Part shown: positions 37,531-46,955 of the stretch, piece after piece
Layout of the letters: every line of letters starts with the position of its first letter
How positions within the stretch are numbered: position 1 is the first letter of the stretch
NCBI GenBank assembly: GCA_035508835.1
Contig: DATJMG010000246.1
Location: 1 to 56,022, forward strand
Direction: 5' to 3'
Origin: Puia sp.
GTDB taxonomy: Bacteria > Bacteroidota > Bacteroidia > Chitinophagales > Chitinophagaceae
DNA length: 56,022 nt
Notes under the pieces: model-generated
Database searches by the model: none
Seen by the model: the letters and a program-made list of their open reading frames with translations, nothing else
Told to the model about the DNA's origin: nothing
Position numbers and translations under genes: made by a program

Positions 37531-40500
37531 ATGGCTATTAAAAAAGAAAATCGTCCCAGAGCCACTTTTTCAAAAATCACCATCGGTCTGGCATCACCTG
37601 ACAGCATCCTGGAAAGGAGCTACGGGGAGGTATTGAAGCCCGAGACCATCAATTATCGTACGTATAAGCCGGAAAGGGATGGCTTGTTCTGCGAGCGGAT
37701 CTTCGGGCCGGTGAAGGATTATGAGTGTGCCTGCGGAAAGTACAAACGGATCCGGTATAAAGGGATCGTGTGCGACCGTTGCGGGGTGGAAGTAACGGAG
37801 AAGAAGGTACGCCGGGAGCGGATGGGCCACATCAAGCTCGTGGTCCCGGTCGTTCACATCTGGTATTTCAAATCTTTGCCCAATAAGATCGGCTACCTGT
37901 TGGGGATGAGCTCCAAGAAGCTCGAAAGCATTATTTATTACGAAAGATACGTGGTTATCCAGCCCGGGATCCGTGCGGACAAGTCGCAGAACTACGGGGA
38001 TCTGTTGACGGAAGAAGAATACCTGGAGATCCTGGACAGCCTGCCGAAGGACAACCAGTATCTGCCGGATGACGATCCCAACAAGTTCATCGCCAAGATG
38101 GGTGCTGAAGCGGTCCATGATCTGCTGGAGCGGATCGAGCTGGATCAGCTTTCTTTCGATCTGCGGAATGCGGCGGCCAACGAGACTTCACAGCAGCGGA
38201 AGGCGGACGCGTTGAAGCGGCTTAGTGTCGTGGAGGCGTTCCGGGATGCCAATTCCCGGATCACCAATCGCCCTGAGTGGATGGTCATGCAATATATTCC
38301 TGTCATTCCGCCGGAATTACGTCCCCTGGTGCCGTTGGATGGCGGCCGGTTTGCGTCTTCGGATCTGAACGATCTGTACCGCAGGGTGATCATCCGGAAC
38401 AACCGGTTGAAGCGCTTATTGGAGATCAAGGCGCCTGAGGTCATTCTCCGGAACGAAAAGCGGATGTTGCAGGAAGCGATCGATTCGTTGTTTGACAACA
38501 GCCGGAAGTCAAATGCCGTGAAGGCGGAAGGCGGCCGGGCGTTGAAGTCATTGAGCGACGTGTTGAAGGGCAAGCAAGGCCGTTTCCGGCAGAACCTGCT
38601 CGGCAAGCGTGTCGATTATTCGGGTCGTTCGGTTATTGTGGTAGGTCCCGAGCTTAAGTTACATGAGTGCGGGCTGCCGAAGGATATGGCGGCGGAGCTA
38701 TTCAAGCCTTTTATCATCCGGAAGCTGATCGAGCGCGGGATCGTCAAGACGGTCAAGAGCGCCCGAAAGCTGGTCGATAAGAAAGAGGCCATTGTATGGG
38801 ATATCCTCGAAAATATCCTGAAGGGTCATCCGGTCATGCTGAACCGGGCCCCGACACTGCACCGGTTGTCTATCCAGGCCTTCCAGCCCAAGCTGATCGA
38901 AGGTAAGGCCATCCAGCTGCATCCGCTGGTCTGTACGGCATTCAATGCCGACTTTGACGGGGACCAGATGGCTGTTCACGTGCCGCTGAGCAGTGCCGCG
39001 ATCCTGGAAGCACAGCTGTTGATGTTGTCTTCGCATAATATTCTGAACCCGCAGAACGGGACGCCTATCACGCTTCCTTCGCAGGACATGGTGTTGGGTC
39101 TTTATTATATCACGAAGGGCAAGAAGTCTACGGCTACCGAGAAGGTAAAGGGTGAAGGGAAGATCTTCTACAGTGCGGAAGAAGTCATTATCGCTTATAA
39201 TGAAAATCGGGTCGATCTGCATGCCTATATCAAGGTAAAGGCGCGGGTCCGGAACCTGGCCACGGATGCGTTGGAGAACAAGCTGCTGGAAACGACGGTT
39301 GGGCGGGTATTGTTCAACCAGACGGTGCCGGCTGAGGTAGGCTTTGTGAATGTCCTGTTGTCGAAGAAGTCGCTCAAGGAAGTTATCGGGAATATTATCA
39401 AGTGGACCAACATCCCCAAGACGGTGAAGTTCCTGGACGATATCAAGCAGCTGGGATTCCGGATGGCGTTCCGTGGCGGGTTGTCCTTTAATATCAATGA
39501 CCTGATCATACCCGATACGAAAGAAGAATTGCTTGGCAATGCGAAAGGCGAGGTCGATGAGGTGTGGGACAACTATAATATGGGTTTGATCACCAACAAC
39601 GAGCGATACAACCAGATCGTGGATATCTGGTCGCGTGTCGACACCCGCATCACGGAAAGCCTCATTATGGAGCTGGCCAGTGACAAGCAGGGTTTCAACT
39701 CGGTATATATGATGCTGGACTCCGGCGCCCGGGGCAGCAAGCAGCAGATCAAGCAGCTGGCGGGTATCCGGGGACTGATGGCCAAGCCGAGGAAGTCGGG
39801 CTCAACGGGCAGCGAGATCATCGAAAACCCGATCCTGTCCAACTTCAAGGGTGGCTTGAACGTGCTGGATTACTTCATATCCACGCACGGTGCGCGTAAA
39901 GGTCTGGCCGATACCGCTTTGAAGACGGCTGACGCCGGTTATCTGACCCGTCGTCTGGTGGACGTCGCGCAGGATGTCGTCATTACGGAAGAAGATTGCG
40001 GCACGCTGCGGGGTATAGCCACGGCTGCGCTGAAAGACAATGAGGATGTAGTGGAGCCGCTGTATGACCGCATCCTGGGCCGGACGTCGCTGCATGATGT
40101 GTACGATCCGTCGTCGGACAAATTGATCGTTTCTGCGGGCGAACTGATAACGGAGGAGGTCGCAAAGGCTATTGAGGATGCAGGCATCGAGTCGGTAGAG
40201 ATCCGGAGCGTGCTGACCTGCGAAAGCAAGCGCGGGGTTTGTGTAAAATGTTACGGAAAGAACCTGGCGACGGGATATGTGACCCAAAAGGGTGATGCGG
40301 TCGGTATCATTGCCGCCCAGTCTATCGGCGAGCCCGGCACGCAGCTGACGCTGCGCACGTTCCACGTAGGTGGTGTAGCGGGCAGCGCTTCGGTTGAATC
40401 TGCGATGACCGCGAAGTTCGAAGGGACGATCCAGTTCGATGGTCTTCGGACGGTAACGGCGGAAAACAATGAAGGTGAAAAACAGCAGATCGTCATCGGC

Positions 40501-41829
40501 CGCACGGGTGAAGTGCGGATCATGGATGTGAAAAATGACCGGCTGCTGATCACCAATAATGTTCCGTATGGTGCTACGCTGGTAGTAAAGGATGGCCAGA
40601 AGGTGGCGAAGGGTGAGATCATTTGCACCTGGGACCCCTTCAACAACGTTGTCATCTCCGAGATCGCCGGATCGGCGAAGTTCGAGGCGGTTATAGAGGG
40701 TATCACCTATCGCGAAGAGGCGGACGAGCAAACGGGCCACCGCGAGAAGGTCGTCATCGAAACGAAGGACAAGACCAAGCTCCCCAGCATTAATATCGAA
40801 GGGAATAAGGAAGCAAAGAGCTATAACCTCCCGGTAGGATCGCATATCGTGATCGAAGAAGCGGAAGAGGTCAGGGCTGGTCAGGTTATTGTGAAGATCC
40901 CCCGCGTACTTGGCAAGCTGCGGGATATCACGGGTGGTCTGCCGCGGGTAACGGAACTTTTCGAAGCGCGTAATCCGGGCAATCCGGCGATCGTGAGTGA
41001 GATCGATGGGGTGGTCACTTTTGGAAATATCAAGCGGGGTAACAGGGAGATCATTGTCGAAGCCAAAGACGGGGTGATCAAGAAATACCTGGTTCCCTTG
41101 ACCCGGCAGATCCTGGCCCAGGACGGGGACTTTATCAAGGCCGGGGCGCAGTTATCCGACGGGCAGGTTGCTCCGGCAGATATCTTGTCGATCAAGGGAC
41201 CGTTTGCAGTACAGGAGTATGTCGTTAATGAGATCCAGGAAGTATACCGGCTGCAGGGTGTGAAGATCAACGACAAGCATATCGAGGTGATCGTAAGGCA
41301 AATGATGCGCAAGCTGACGATCATCGATCCGGGCGATACCAGGTTCCTTGAAGAGGATACGGTGGATAAGTTCGAGTTCCTTGAAGAAAATGACTGGATC
41401 TTCGATAAGAAGGTCGTCACCGATCCGGGTGAATCGGGCAAGCTCAAAGCCGGTCAGATCGTTAGTCTGCGGGAGGTCCGGGAAGAGAATTCCATCCTGC
41501 GCCGGAACGACAAGAAACTGGCTGAATTTCGGGATGCAAAGGCCGCCACGTCCGCGCCGCTGCTGCTGGGGATCACGAAGGCTTCGCTGGGTACGCAAAG
41601 CTGGATCTCCGCCGCTTCCTTCCAGGAAACGACCAAGGTGCTGTCTTCTGCGGCTATCCAGGGTAAGAGTGACGATATGCTGGGGTTGAAGGAGAATGTC
41701 ATCACCGGACATCCGATCCCTGCTGGTACGGGGCTGCGTGACTTCGAGAACATGATCGTCGGCAGCAAGGAAGAGTATGAGTTGTTGCAGACGACCCGTG
41801 AGGCGATGCAGTTCGATGAGGAGGAGTAG
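37531..41829 (+). CDS. rpoC: RNA polymerase beta' subunit
   Basis: KPETINYRT, zinc-finger cysteines, [16 protein letters not shown], catalytic [34 protein letters not shown]. Confidence 0.99.
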   Translation: MAIKKENRPRATFSKITIGLASPDSILERSYGEVLKPETINYRTYKPERDGLFCERIFGPVKDYECACGKYKRIRYKGIVCDRCGVEVTEKKVRRERMGHIKLVVPVVHIWYFKSLPNKIGYLLGMSSKKLESIIYYERYVVIQPGIRADKSQNYGDLLTEEEYLEILDSLPKDNQYLPDDDPNKFIAKMGAEAVHDLLERIELDQLSFDLRNAAANETSQQRKADALKRLSVVEAFRDANSRITNRPEWMVMQYIPVIPPELRPLVPLDGGRFASSDLNDLYRRVIIRNNRLKRLLEIKAPEVILRNEKRMLQEAIDSLFDNSRKSNAVKAEGGRALKSLSDVLKGKQGRFRQNLLGKRVDYSGRSVIVVGPELKLHECGLPKDMAAELFKPFIIRKLIERGIVKTVKSARKLVDKKEAIVWDILENILKGHPVMLNRAPTLHRLSIQAFQPKLIEGKAIQLHPLVCTAFNADFDGDQMAVHVPLSSAAILEAQLLMLSSHNILNPQNGTPITLPSQDMVLGLYYITKGKKSTATEKVKGEGKIFYSAEEVIIAYNENRVDLHAYIKVKARVRNLATDALENKLLETTVGRVLFNQTVPAEVGFVNVLLSKKSLKEVIGNIIKWTNIPKTVKFLDDIKQLGFRMAFRGGLSFNINDLIIPDTKEELLGNAKGEVDEVWDNYNMGLITNNERYNQIVDIWSRVDTRITESLIMELASDKQGFNSVYMMLDSGARGSKQQIKQLAGIRGLMAKPRKSGSTGSEIIENPILSNFKGGLNVLDYFISTHGARKGLADTALKTADAGYLTRRLVDVAQDVVITEEDCGTLRGIATAALKDNEDVVEPLYDRILGRTSLHDVYDPSSDKLIVSAGELITEEVAKAIEDAGIESVEIRSVLTCESKRGVCVKCYGKNLATGYVTQKGDAVGIIAAQSIGEPGTQLTLRTFHVGGVAGSASVESAMTAKFEGTIQFDGLRTVTAENNEGEKQQIVIGRTGEVRIMDVKNDRLLITNNVPYGATLVVKDGQKVAKGEIICTWDPFNNVVISEIAGSAKFEAVIEGITYREEADEQTGHREKVVIETKDKTKLPSINIEGNKEAKSYNLPVGSHIVIEEAEEVRAGQVIVKIPRVLGKLRDITGGLPRVTELFEARNPGNPAIVSEIDGVVTFGNIKRGNREIIVEAKDGVIKKYLVPLTRQILAQDGDFIKAGAQLSDGQVAPADILSIKGPFAVQEYVVNEIQEVYRLQGVKINDKHIEVIVRQMMRKLTIIDPGDTRFLEEDTVDKFEFLEENDWIFDKKVVTDPGESGKLKAGQIVSLREVREENSILRRNDKKLAEFRDAKAATSAPLLLGITKASLGTQSWISAASFQETTKVLSSAAIQGKSDDMLGLKENVITGHPIPAGTGLRDFENMIVGSKEEYELLQTTREAMQFDEEE

Positions 41830-41852
41830 GGAAATGGGGCGGCCGTCGGATG

Positions 41853-41895
41853 CCGGAAACCGGCTGCAGGTACCGGAAACAGGCTGCGGGTACCG
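41853..41895. repeat. Imperfect tandem 20-bp duplication after rpoC
   Basis: ccggaaaccggctgcaggta / ccggaaacaggctgcgggta + ccg. Confidence 0.7.
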
Positions 41896-41921
41896 ATTTA
41901 TAAGATTGTTAAAATCACTTG

Positions 41922-41952
41922 AAGTAGGGGGTTCCTCACCTCCTACTTTTTT
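41922..41952 (+). terminator. Intrinsic terminator of rpoC
   Basis: AAGTAGGGGGT-TCCTC-ACCTCCTACTT then TTTT. Confidence 0.8.
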
Positions 41953-41967
41953 ATCTTGCAAGCGCAT

Positions 41968-42573
41968 ATGAAGTATATTTCTACTATTCTCAGCGTTGTT
42001 GCGCTGGCGGCTGCCGGTGTGGTTTTTGCAGTTCAGAACCGGGAGATCGGGCAACTGAAGCTGCAGGTCAGGGCGAAATCGGCTGAAAGGGTCAGCGGTA
42101 GCGGGAATTTCAAGATTGCCTATTTTGATCTGGATACCCTGCAGGAGAAATACCAGTTCATGATCGATGTCAAGAACGAGGCGATGAGTAAGGAAAATCA
42201 GATGAACCAGGACCTTGCCAGTCGTGATCGCAAGAACCAGCAGCAGATCGATGAATGGCGCCGGAAGGGCAATACCATGACGCAGGCGGAAGCAGAGGAA
42301 GCCAATCAGAAGCTGCAGGAAATGCAGCAGGAGTTTGCCAATCATAAACAGGACCTGGAACAGAGCTTTTATAAATTTCAGGAAGACAAGCGGAATGAGA
42401 TCCGGAAGCAGATCGAGGATTTCATAAATGATTACAACAAGGGCAGGAATTACGCCTATATCATCGCGTATGACCACGCCAATTCGTTCATCTACAACAA
42501 GGATACCGTCTACAATATTACTAACGACCTGGTAGACGGGTTGAATGCCAGTTACAAGAAATCCGCCAAGTGA
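41968..42573 (+). CDS. OmpH/Skp-family periplasmic chaperone
   Basis: N-terminal hydrophobic segment, KIAYFDLDTL, long Q/E/K coiled coil, YNK..NY.YI, NIT.DLV.GLN. Confidence 0.85.
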   Translation: MKYISTILSVVALAAAGVVFAVQNREIGQLKLQVRAKSAERVSGSGNFKIAYFDLDTLQEKYQFMIDVKNEAMSKENQMNQDLASRDRKNQQQIDEWRRKGNTMTQAEAEEANQKLQEMQQEFANHKQDLEQSFYKFQEDKRNEIRKQIEDFINDYNKGRNYAYIIAYDHANSFIYNKDTVYNITNDLVDGLNASYKKSAK

Positions 42574-42669
42574 GGCGGGCCGCGGGGTAAGGTGGGCCGC
42601 CAAGTGAGGCGGGCCGCGGGGTAAGGTGGGCCGCCAAGTGAGGCGGGCCGCGGGGTAAGGTGGGCCGCC
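42563..42669. repeat. Perfect tandem repeat, 34-bp unit x3 plus 5 nt
   Basis: ccgccaagtgaggcgggccgcggggtaaggtggg at 42563, 42597 and 42631; first copy contains the Skp stop codon. Confidence 0.95.
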
Positions 42670-42730
42670 GGGTGAAGCAGGCCGGATGACCAATTTCCGG
42701 GTGAAGGACTTTTCATGTACATTTAGAGCT

Positions 42731-44197
42731 ATGGCAGAAACAACCGAAACCTCTAAAGTGGCCGGCCATGTTGCCGCACCACCTCACTTCAGGCCTACAC
42801 TTGGCCTTTTGGATGGCACCATGATCGTGGCCGGATCGATGATCGGATCCGGTATTTTTATCGTTAGTTCTACGATAACCCAATTTACCGGCAGTGCCGG
42901 CTGGCTCATCTTTGTCTGGCTGATCACGGGGTTCATGACGATCTCGGCGGCGGTCAGCTATGGGGAGCTCAGCGGGATGTATCCCAAGGCCGGCGGCCAG
43001 TATATCTACCTGAAGGAAGCGTATAACCCGCTGACGGGGTTCCTGTTTGGCTGGAGTTTCTTCGCGGTGATCCAGACAGCGACGATTGCGGCGGTGGCGG
43101 TCGCTTTTGCCAAGTTTGCCGGCTATTTCTTCCCCAGGCTGGAGCTGACCGATCCGAACACAGTGTTTTCCGTGGGGCCCGTCCATATCCACTATGCTGA
43201 ACTGGTGGCTATTTGTCTGATCATCTTTTTGACGTGGGTGAATACAATGGGCATTGAGGGCGGGAAATGGATACAACGGGTTTTTACGGTGACCAAGCTC
43301 TTGTCATTGTTCGGGCTGGTAGTTTTCGGGTTCCTGCTGGGCGCCCGGCATGGGATCTGGCAACATAACTGGGCGGATGCATGGAAGATGAAGGGGATGG
43401 CGGATGATGCCGGGAAATTTCCGGGTGGGACAGGACAAGTTGTTGGGCTGGCGATGGTCGGTGCGATTGCGGCGGGGATGTCCGGGTCGATCTTTTCGAG
43501 CGATGCCTGGAACAATGTCACTTTTATCGCGGGGGAGATGAAGAACCCCAAGCGGAATATCGGGCTAAGCCTGTTCCTGGGGACACTGATCGTCACGGTT
43601 ATATATATAGCAGCAAACCTGATGTACGTGAGCGTGATGCCGCTGGATCATATCGCTGCGGCTCCGCAGCAACGGGTGGCGGTATCGGCTGCGGAGGTGA
43701 TCTTCGGTCATAACGGCACTTATGTCATTGCCATCATGATCATGATCTCGACATTCGGTTGCGACAATGGCCTGATCCTGGCGGGAGCGAGAGTGTATTA
43801 TTCCATGTCCCGCGACGGGGTGTTCTTCCGCAAGGCGGGGGAGCTAAACCGCAAGTCGGTGCCGGGTTGGGCGTTGTGGGCGCAGTGTTTGGTCGCCTGT
43901 GTCCTGTGTGTCAGCGGGAGGTACAATGATCTGTTGGTGATGATCTCTTTTGTGGCGGTGTTATTCTATGCCCTGACTGTCCTGGGAATTTTTATCCTGC
44001 GGCGCCGGCAGCCGAATATAGAGCGGACGTATAAGGCTTTTGGCTATCCGGTGTTGCCGGCGATCTATATTGTGCTGGCGCTGTTGTTTTGTGTAGCGTT
44101 GATCTTGCAGGAGCCGCTCTATTCGAGTGGAGCTGCTATTATTGTGTTGGCAGGAATTCCCCTGTATTATATAGCTTTGTCCCGCAAAAAAGGATAA
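42731..44197 (+). CDS. APC-family amino acid permease
   Basis: GSMIGSGIF, YGELSGMYPKAGGQYIY, GEMKNPKRN, ARVYYSMSRDG, YKAFGYP; ATG 42731. Confidence 0.92.
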   Translation: MAETTETSKVAGHVAAPPHFRPTLGLLDGTMIVAGSMIGSGIFIVSSTITQFTGSAGWLIFVWLITGFMTISAAVSYGELSGMYPKAGGQYIYLKEAYNPLTGFLFGWSFFAVIQTATIAAVAVAFAKFAGYFFPRLELTDPNTVFSVGPVHIHYAELVAICLIIFLTWVNTMGIEGGKWIQRVFTVTKLLSLFGLVVFGFLLGARHGIWQHNWADAWKMKGMADDAGKFPGGTGQVVGLAMVGAIAAGMSGSIFSSDAWNNVTFIAGEMKNPKRNIGLSLFLGTLIVTVIYIAANLMYVSVMPLDHIAAAPQQRVAVSAAEVIFGHNGTYVIAIMIMISTFGCDNGLILAGARVYYSMSRDGVFFRKAGELNRKSVPGWALWAQCLVACVLCVSGRYNDLLVMISFVAVLFYALTVLGIFILRRRQPNIERTYKAFGYPVLPAIYIVLALLFCVALILQEPLYSSGAAIIVLAGIPLYYIALSRKKG

Positions 44198-44201
44198 ATC
44201 A

Positions 44202-45191
44202 ATGCCTAATTTTTCTCAATTGTTTGCCGGTTTTGGTCAGGTCAGGGCCGGGGTGATCGGCGATGTCATGCTGGATACGTATTTGTGGGGTCATGTCGAG
44301 CGCATCTCGCCGGAGGCGCCGGTGCCGGTTGTTGTACTGGACCGGCGGGAGCAGCGGATCGGCGGGGCGGGGAATGTGGCGCTGAACCTGGCCAGCCTGG
44401 GGGCGCGGGTCTCGAGTTTCACTGTGGTTGGAAAAGACGGGGATGGCGAGGCATTGGAGCTATTATTTGCGGAGAACGGGATCGGGACTTCGGGGCATTT
44501 GAAGAGCGGCGAGCGCATTACGACCAATAAGGCCCGGGTGATGGGGCGCAATCAGCAGATGATGCGGCTGGATTCGGAGACGACGCGTGATCTTGCTTCC
44601 GCGGAAGAAGCGGAGCTGTTGCGCAGGATAGAGGCTTACCTGGATCTGGAAGATCCTCAAGTCATCATCTTCGAAGATTATAATAAGGGGGTGCTGACGG
44701 ACCGGGTGATCCGGGAGGCCGTGGGGCTTTGCCGGGAGCGGGGTGTCATTACCGCGGTGGACCCGAAACGGCGGAATTTCTTTTCCTATGAGGGGGTGAC
44801 GATCTTCAAGCCGAATCTGAAAGAGGTCCGGGAAGGGTTGCATGTGGGGCTCGAAGAGATAGGGTTGACGGAGCTGGAGCTGGTTCATGGGCAATTAGCG
44901 GGACGATTGCGGCATGAGATCTCTATGATCACGCTATCTGAAAAGGGGGTATTTTACTGTGATGGCGCCAGGGCGGCGATCATCCCTTCCCATCTGCGGA
45001 ATATCGCCGATGTCTCGGGGGCGGGGGATACAGTGATTGCGGTGGCTTCGCTGGTCTATGCGGTAACGCGGGATGTGGTATTGATGGCGGAGGTGGCGAA
45101 TATTGCGGGGGGGCTGGTTTGTGAGGAGGTGGGGACGGCGGCGATCAGGCGGGACCGGTTGTTGGCGGAGTGTGGGGAGTTGTTGGGATAG
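44202..45191 (+). CDS. D-glycero-beta-D-manno-heptose-7-phosphate kinase (HldE/RfaE kinase domain only; PfkB family)
   Basis: VIGDVMLD.Y.WG.V.RISPEAPVPVV, GGAGNVA, DYNKG, VDPK, DVSGAGDTV. Confidence 0.88.
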   Translation: MPNFSQLFAGFGQVRAGVIGDVMLDTYLWGHVERISPEAPVPVVVLDRREQRIGGAGNVALNLASLGARVSSFTVVGKDGDGEALELLFAENGIGTSGHLKSGERITTNKARVMGRNQQMMRLDSETTRDLASAEEAELLRRIEAYLDLEDPQVIIFEDYNKGVLTDRVIREAVGLCRERGVITAVDPKRRNFFSYEGVTIFKPNLKEVREGLHVGLEEIGLTELELVHGQLAGRLRHEISMITLSEKGVFYCDGARAAIIPSHLRNIADVSGAGDTVIAVASLVYAVTRDVVLMAEVANIAGGLVCEEVGTAAIRRDRLLAECGELLG

Positions 45192-45218
45192 GGGGGTGGA
45201 GGGATCTGGCTTTTTTTC

Positions 45219-45226
45219 TAGTTTTG
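45219..45226 (+). promoter_or_regulatory. -7 promoter element for iaaA-ispD
   Basis: TAGTTTTG, 19 nt upstream of the ATG. Confidence 0.45.
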
Positions 45227-45245
45227 GTACTTTAATCCATTAACG

Positions 45246-46193
45246 ATGTCGAGATTTACACTCGCGGTCCATGGGGGCGCCGGGACAATTTTGAAAGAAG
45301 ACATGACCCCGGAACTGGAAGATGCTTATCAGATGGGGTTACAGCAGGCGCTGCGGGCCGGTTTTGCCGTGCTGGAGCAGGGAGGTTCTGCCGTCAATGC
45401 CATAAAGGCGACGATTGTGCTGCTGGAAGACAATATGTTGTTCAATGCAGGCCGGGGGTCGGTCTTCACCAAAAAAGGCTTGCAGGAGATGGATGCCGCC
45501 ATTATGGACGGCAGGACTCTGGAAGCGGGTGCGGTTACAGGTGTCCGAAATGTGCGAAACCCGATCGAGCTGGCGGCGGAGGTGATGCAGCATAGCAACC
45601 ATGTTTTCCTGAGCGGCAAGGGAGCGAGTGATTTTGCGATCAAACAGGGTATCAAGCTCGAGCCGGACGAATACTTTTTCTCCCAGTTCCGTTACGATCA
45701 GTGGAAGTCGATCCGGGATTCCGATACCTATTCACTGGATCATACGCATCAGCGGCTCGAGGAATTGATGCGGGATAAGAAATTCGGGACGGTCGGGGCG
45801 GTGGCCTGTGACCGGCAGGGCAATATCGCTGCTGCCACCAGTACCGGCGGCATGACCAACAAAAAATACGGCCGGATCGGGGACAGTCCGATGATCGGCG
45901 CGGGGACGTATGCCAACAACGCCACCTGCGGGATTTCGTGTACTGGTCATGGGGAGTTATTCATCCGGACGGTGGCTGCGCATGATGTGAGCTGTCTGAT
46001 GGAATATAAGGGGCTGACTTTGCAGAAGGCGATGGAGATCGTTGTCCATGAAAAGCTCATCGCCATTGGCGGGGAGGGCGGGATGATCGGCGTAGACGGA
46101 AAGGGGAATGCTGCGTTGGTGTTCAATAGCCAGGGGATGTACCGGGCATTCAAGAATAGTGACGGGGAGGAAATGATCGCTATCTATAAATAG
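45246..46193 (+). CDS. iaaA: Isoaspartyl peptidase/L-asparaginase (Ntn hydrolase)
   Basis: HGGAG, FNAGRGS, EMDAAIMDG, autocleavage site GTVGAVA, TSTGG, GRIGDSP, TGHGE. Confidence 0.94.
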   Translation: MSRFTLAVHGGAGTILKEDMTPELEDAYQMGLQQALRAGFAVLEQGGSAVNAIKATIVLLEDNMLFNAGRGSVFTKKGLQEMDAAIMDGRTLEAGAVTGVRNVRNPIELAAEVMQHSNHVFLSGKGASDFAIKQGIKLEPDEYFFSQFRYDQWKSIRDSDTYSLDHTHQRLEELMRDKKFGTVGAVACDRQGNIAAATSTGGMTNKKYGRIGDSPMIGAGTYANNATCGISCTGHGELFIRTVAAHDVSCLMEYKGLTLQKAMEIVVHEKLIAIGGEGGMIGVDGKGNAALVFNSQGMYRAFKNSDGEEMIAIYK

Positions 46194-46200
46194 GGTGGAT

Positions 46201-46890
46201 ATGAAAAAATTTGCTGTTATTGTAGCAGGCGGGATGGGGATGCGGATGGGGACTGCGGTGCCGAAGCAATTCCTGTTGTTGAATGAGCATCCGGTCTTGT
46301 GGTATACGCTGGAGACTTTCCTGCAGGCGTATGAGGATATGCAGGTCGTGCTGGTTGTGCCGGCCGGGCACCGGGACGACGCTAAAGCATTGGTGGATGG
46401 TTGTTCGGACAAAGGGAGGGTTAGGATCGTGGATGGCGGGGATACGAGGTTTCATTCGGTACGAAATGGGTTGGAGTCGATAAGAAAAGGGGTGGGGGAG
46501 GGCACGGACGCGATCATTTTCGTGCATGACGGGGTGCGGTGCCTGGCGAGTTCGGACCTGATCCGGCGTTGTTACGAGCAGGCGGTCGAACTGGGGTCCG
46601 CGGTGCCGGTAGCGGACTGCCGGGATAGTGTCCGGCTGGTCGAAGATGAGGGCGGCAGCAAGCCGATCGATCGCAGCAGGATCAAGCTGGTGCAGACACC
46701 GCAGACGTTCAGGGGGGATATTTTGATGGGTGCGTATTTGCAGGATCACCAGGAGGCTTTTACCGATGAGGCTACGGTAGTGGAGGTTGGGGGGGGGCGG
46801 GTGCATCTTATCGAGGGGGAGGCGACGAATATAAAGATCACGAATCCGACCGACATGGCGATCGCGCAGGTTTTGCTGGCGCGGCGTTAA
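46201..46890 (+). CDS. ispD: 2-C-methyl-D-erythritol 4-phosphate cytidylyltransferase
   Basis: AGG.G.RMG...PKQF, GG.TRFHSV.NGL, VHDGVR, VQTPQTF, FTDEA, NIKIT.P.D. Confidence 0.9.
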   Translation: MKKFAVIVAGGMGMRMGTAVPKQFLLLNEHPVLWYTLETFLQAYEDMQVVLVVPAGHRDDAKALVDGCSDKGRVRIVDGGDTRFHSVRNGLESIRKGVGEGTDAIIFVHDGVRCLASSDLIRRCYEQAVELGSAVPVADCRDSVRLVEDEGGSKPIDRSRIKLVQTPQTFRGDILMGAYLQDHQEAFTDEATVVEVGGGRVHLIEGEATNIKITNPTDMAIAQVLLARR

Positions 46891-46955
46891 ATGGTTGGAG
46901 TGGCATTAAATGGATGGCTCACCATTAAATGGGGTCGGGTAAATGTTTACCGGGC

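Noticed and set aside
42563-42669. 34-bp repeats as a CRISPR array
   Set aside because: Units are directly adjacent with no unique spacers, and there are no cas genes.
46891-46955. Short cattaaatgg repeats between convergent ispD and the ABC permease
   Set aside because: Only 10 bp, AT-rich, and no convincing terminator or element structure.
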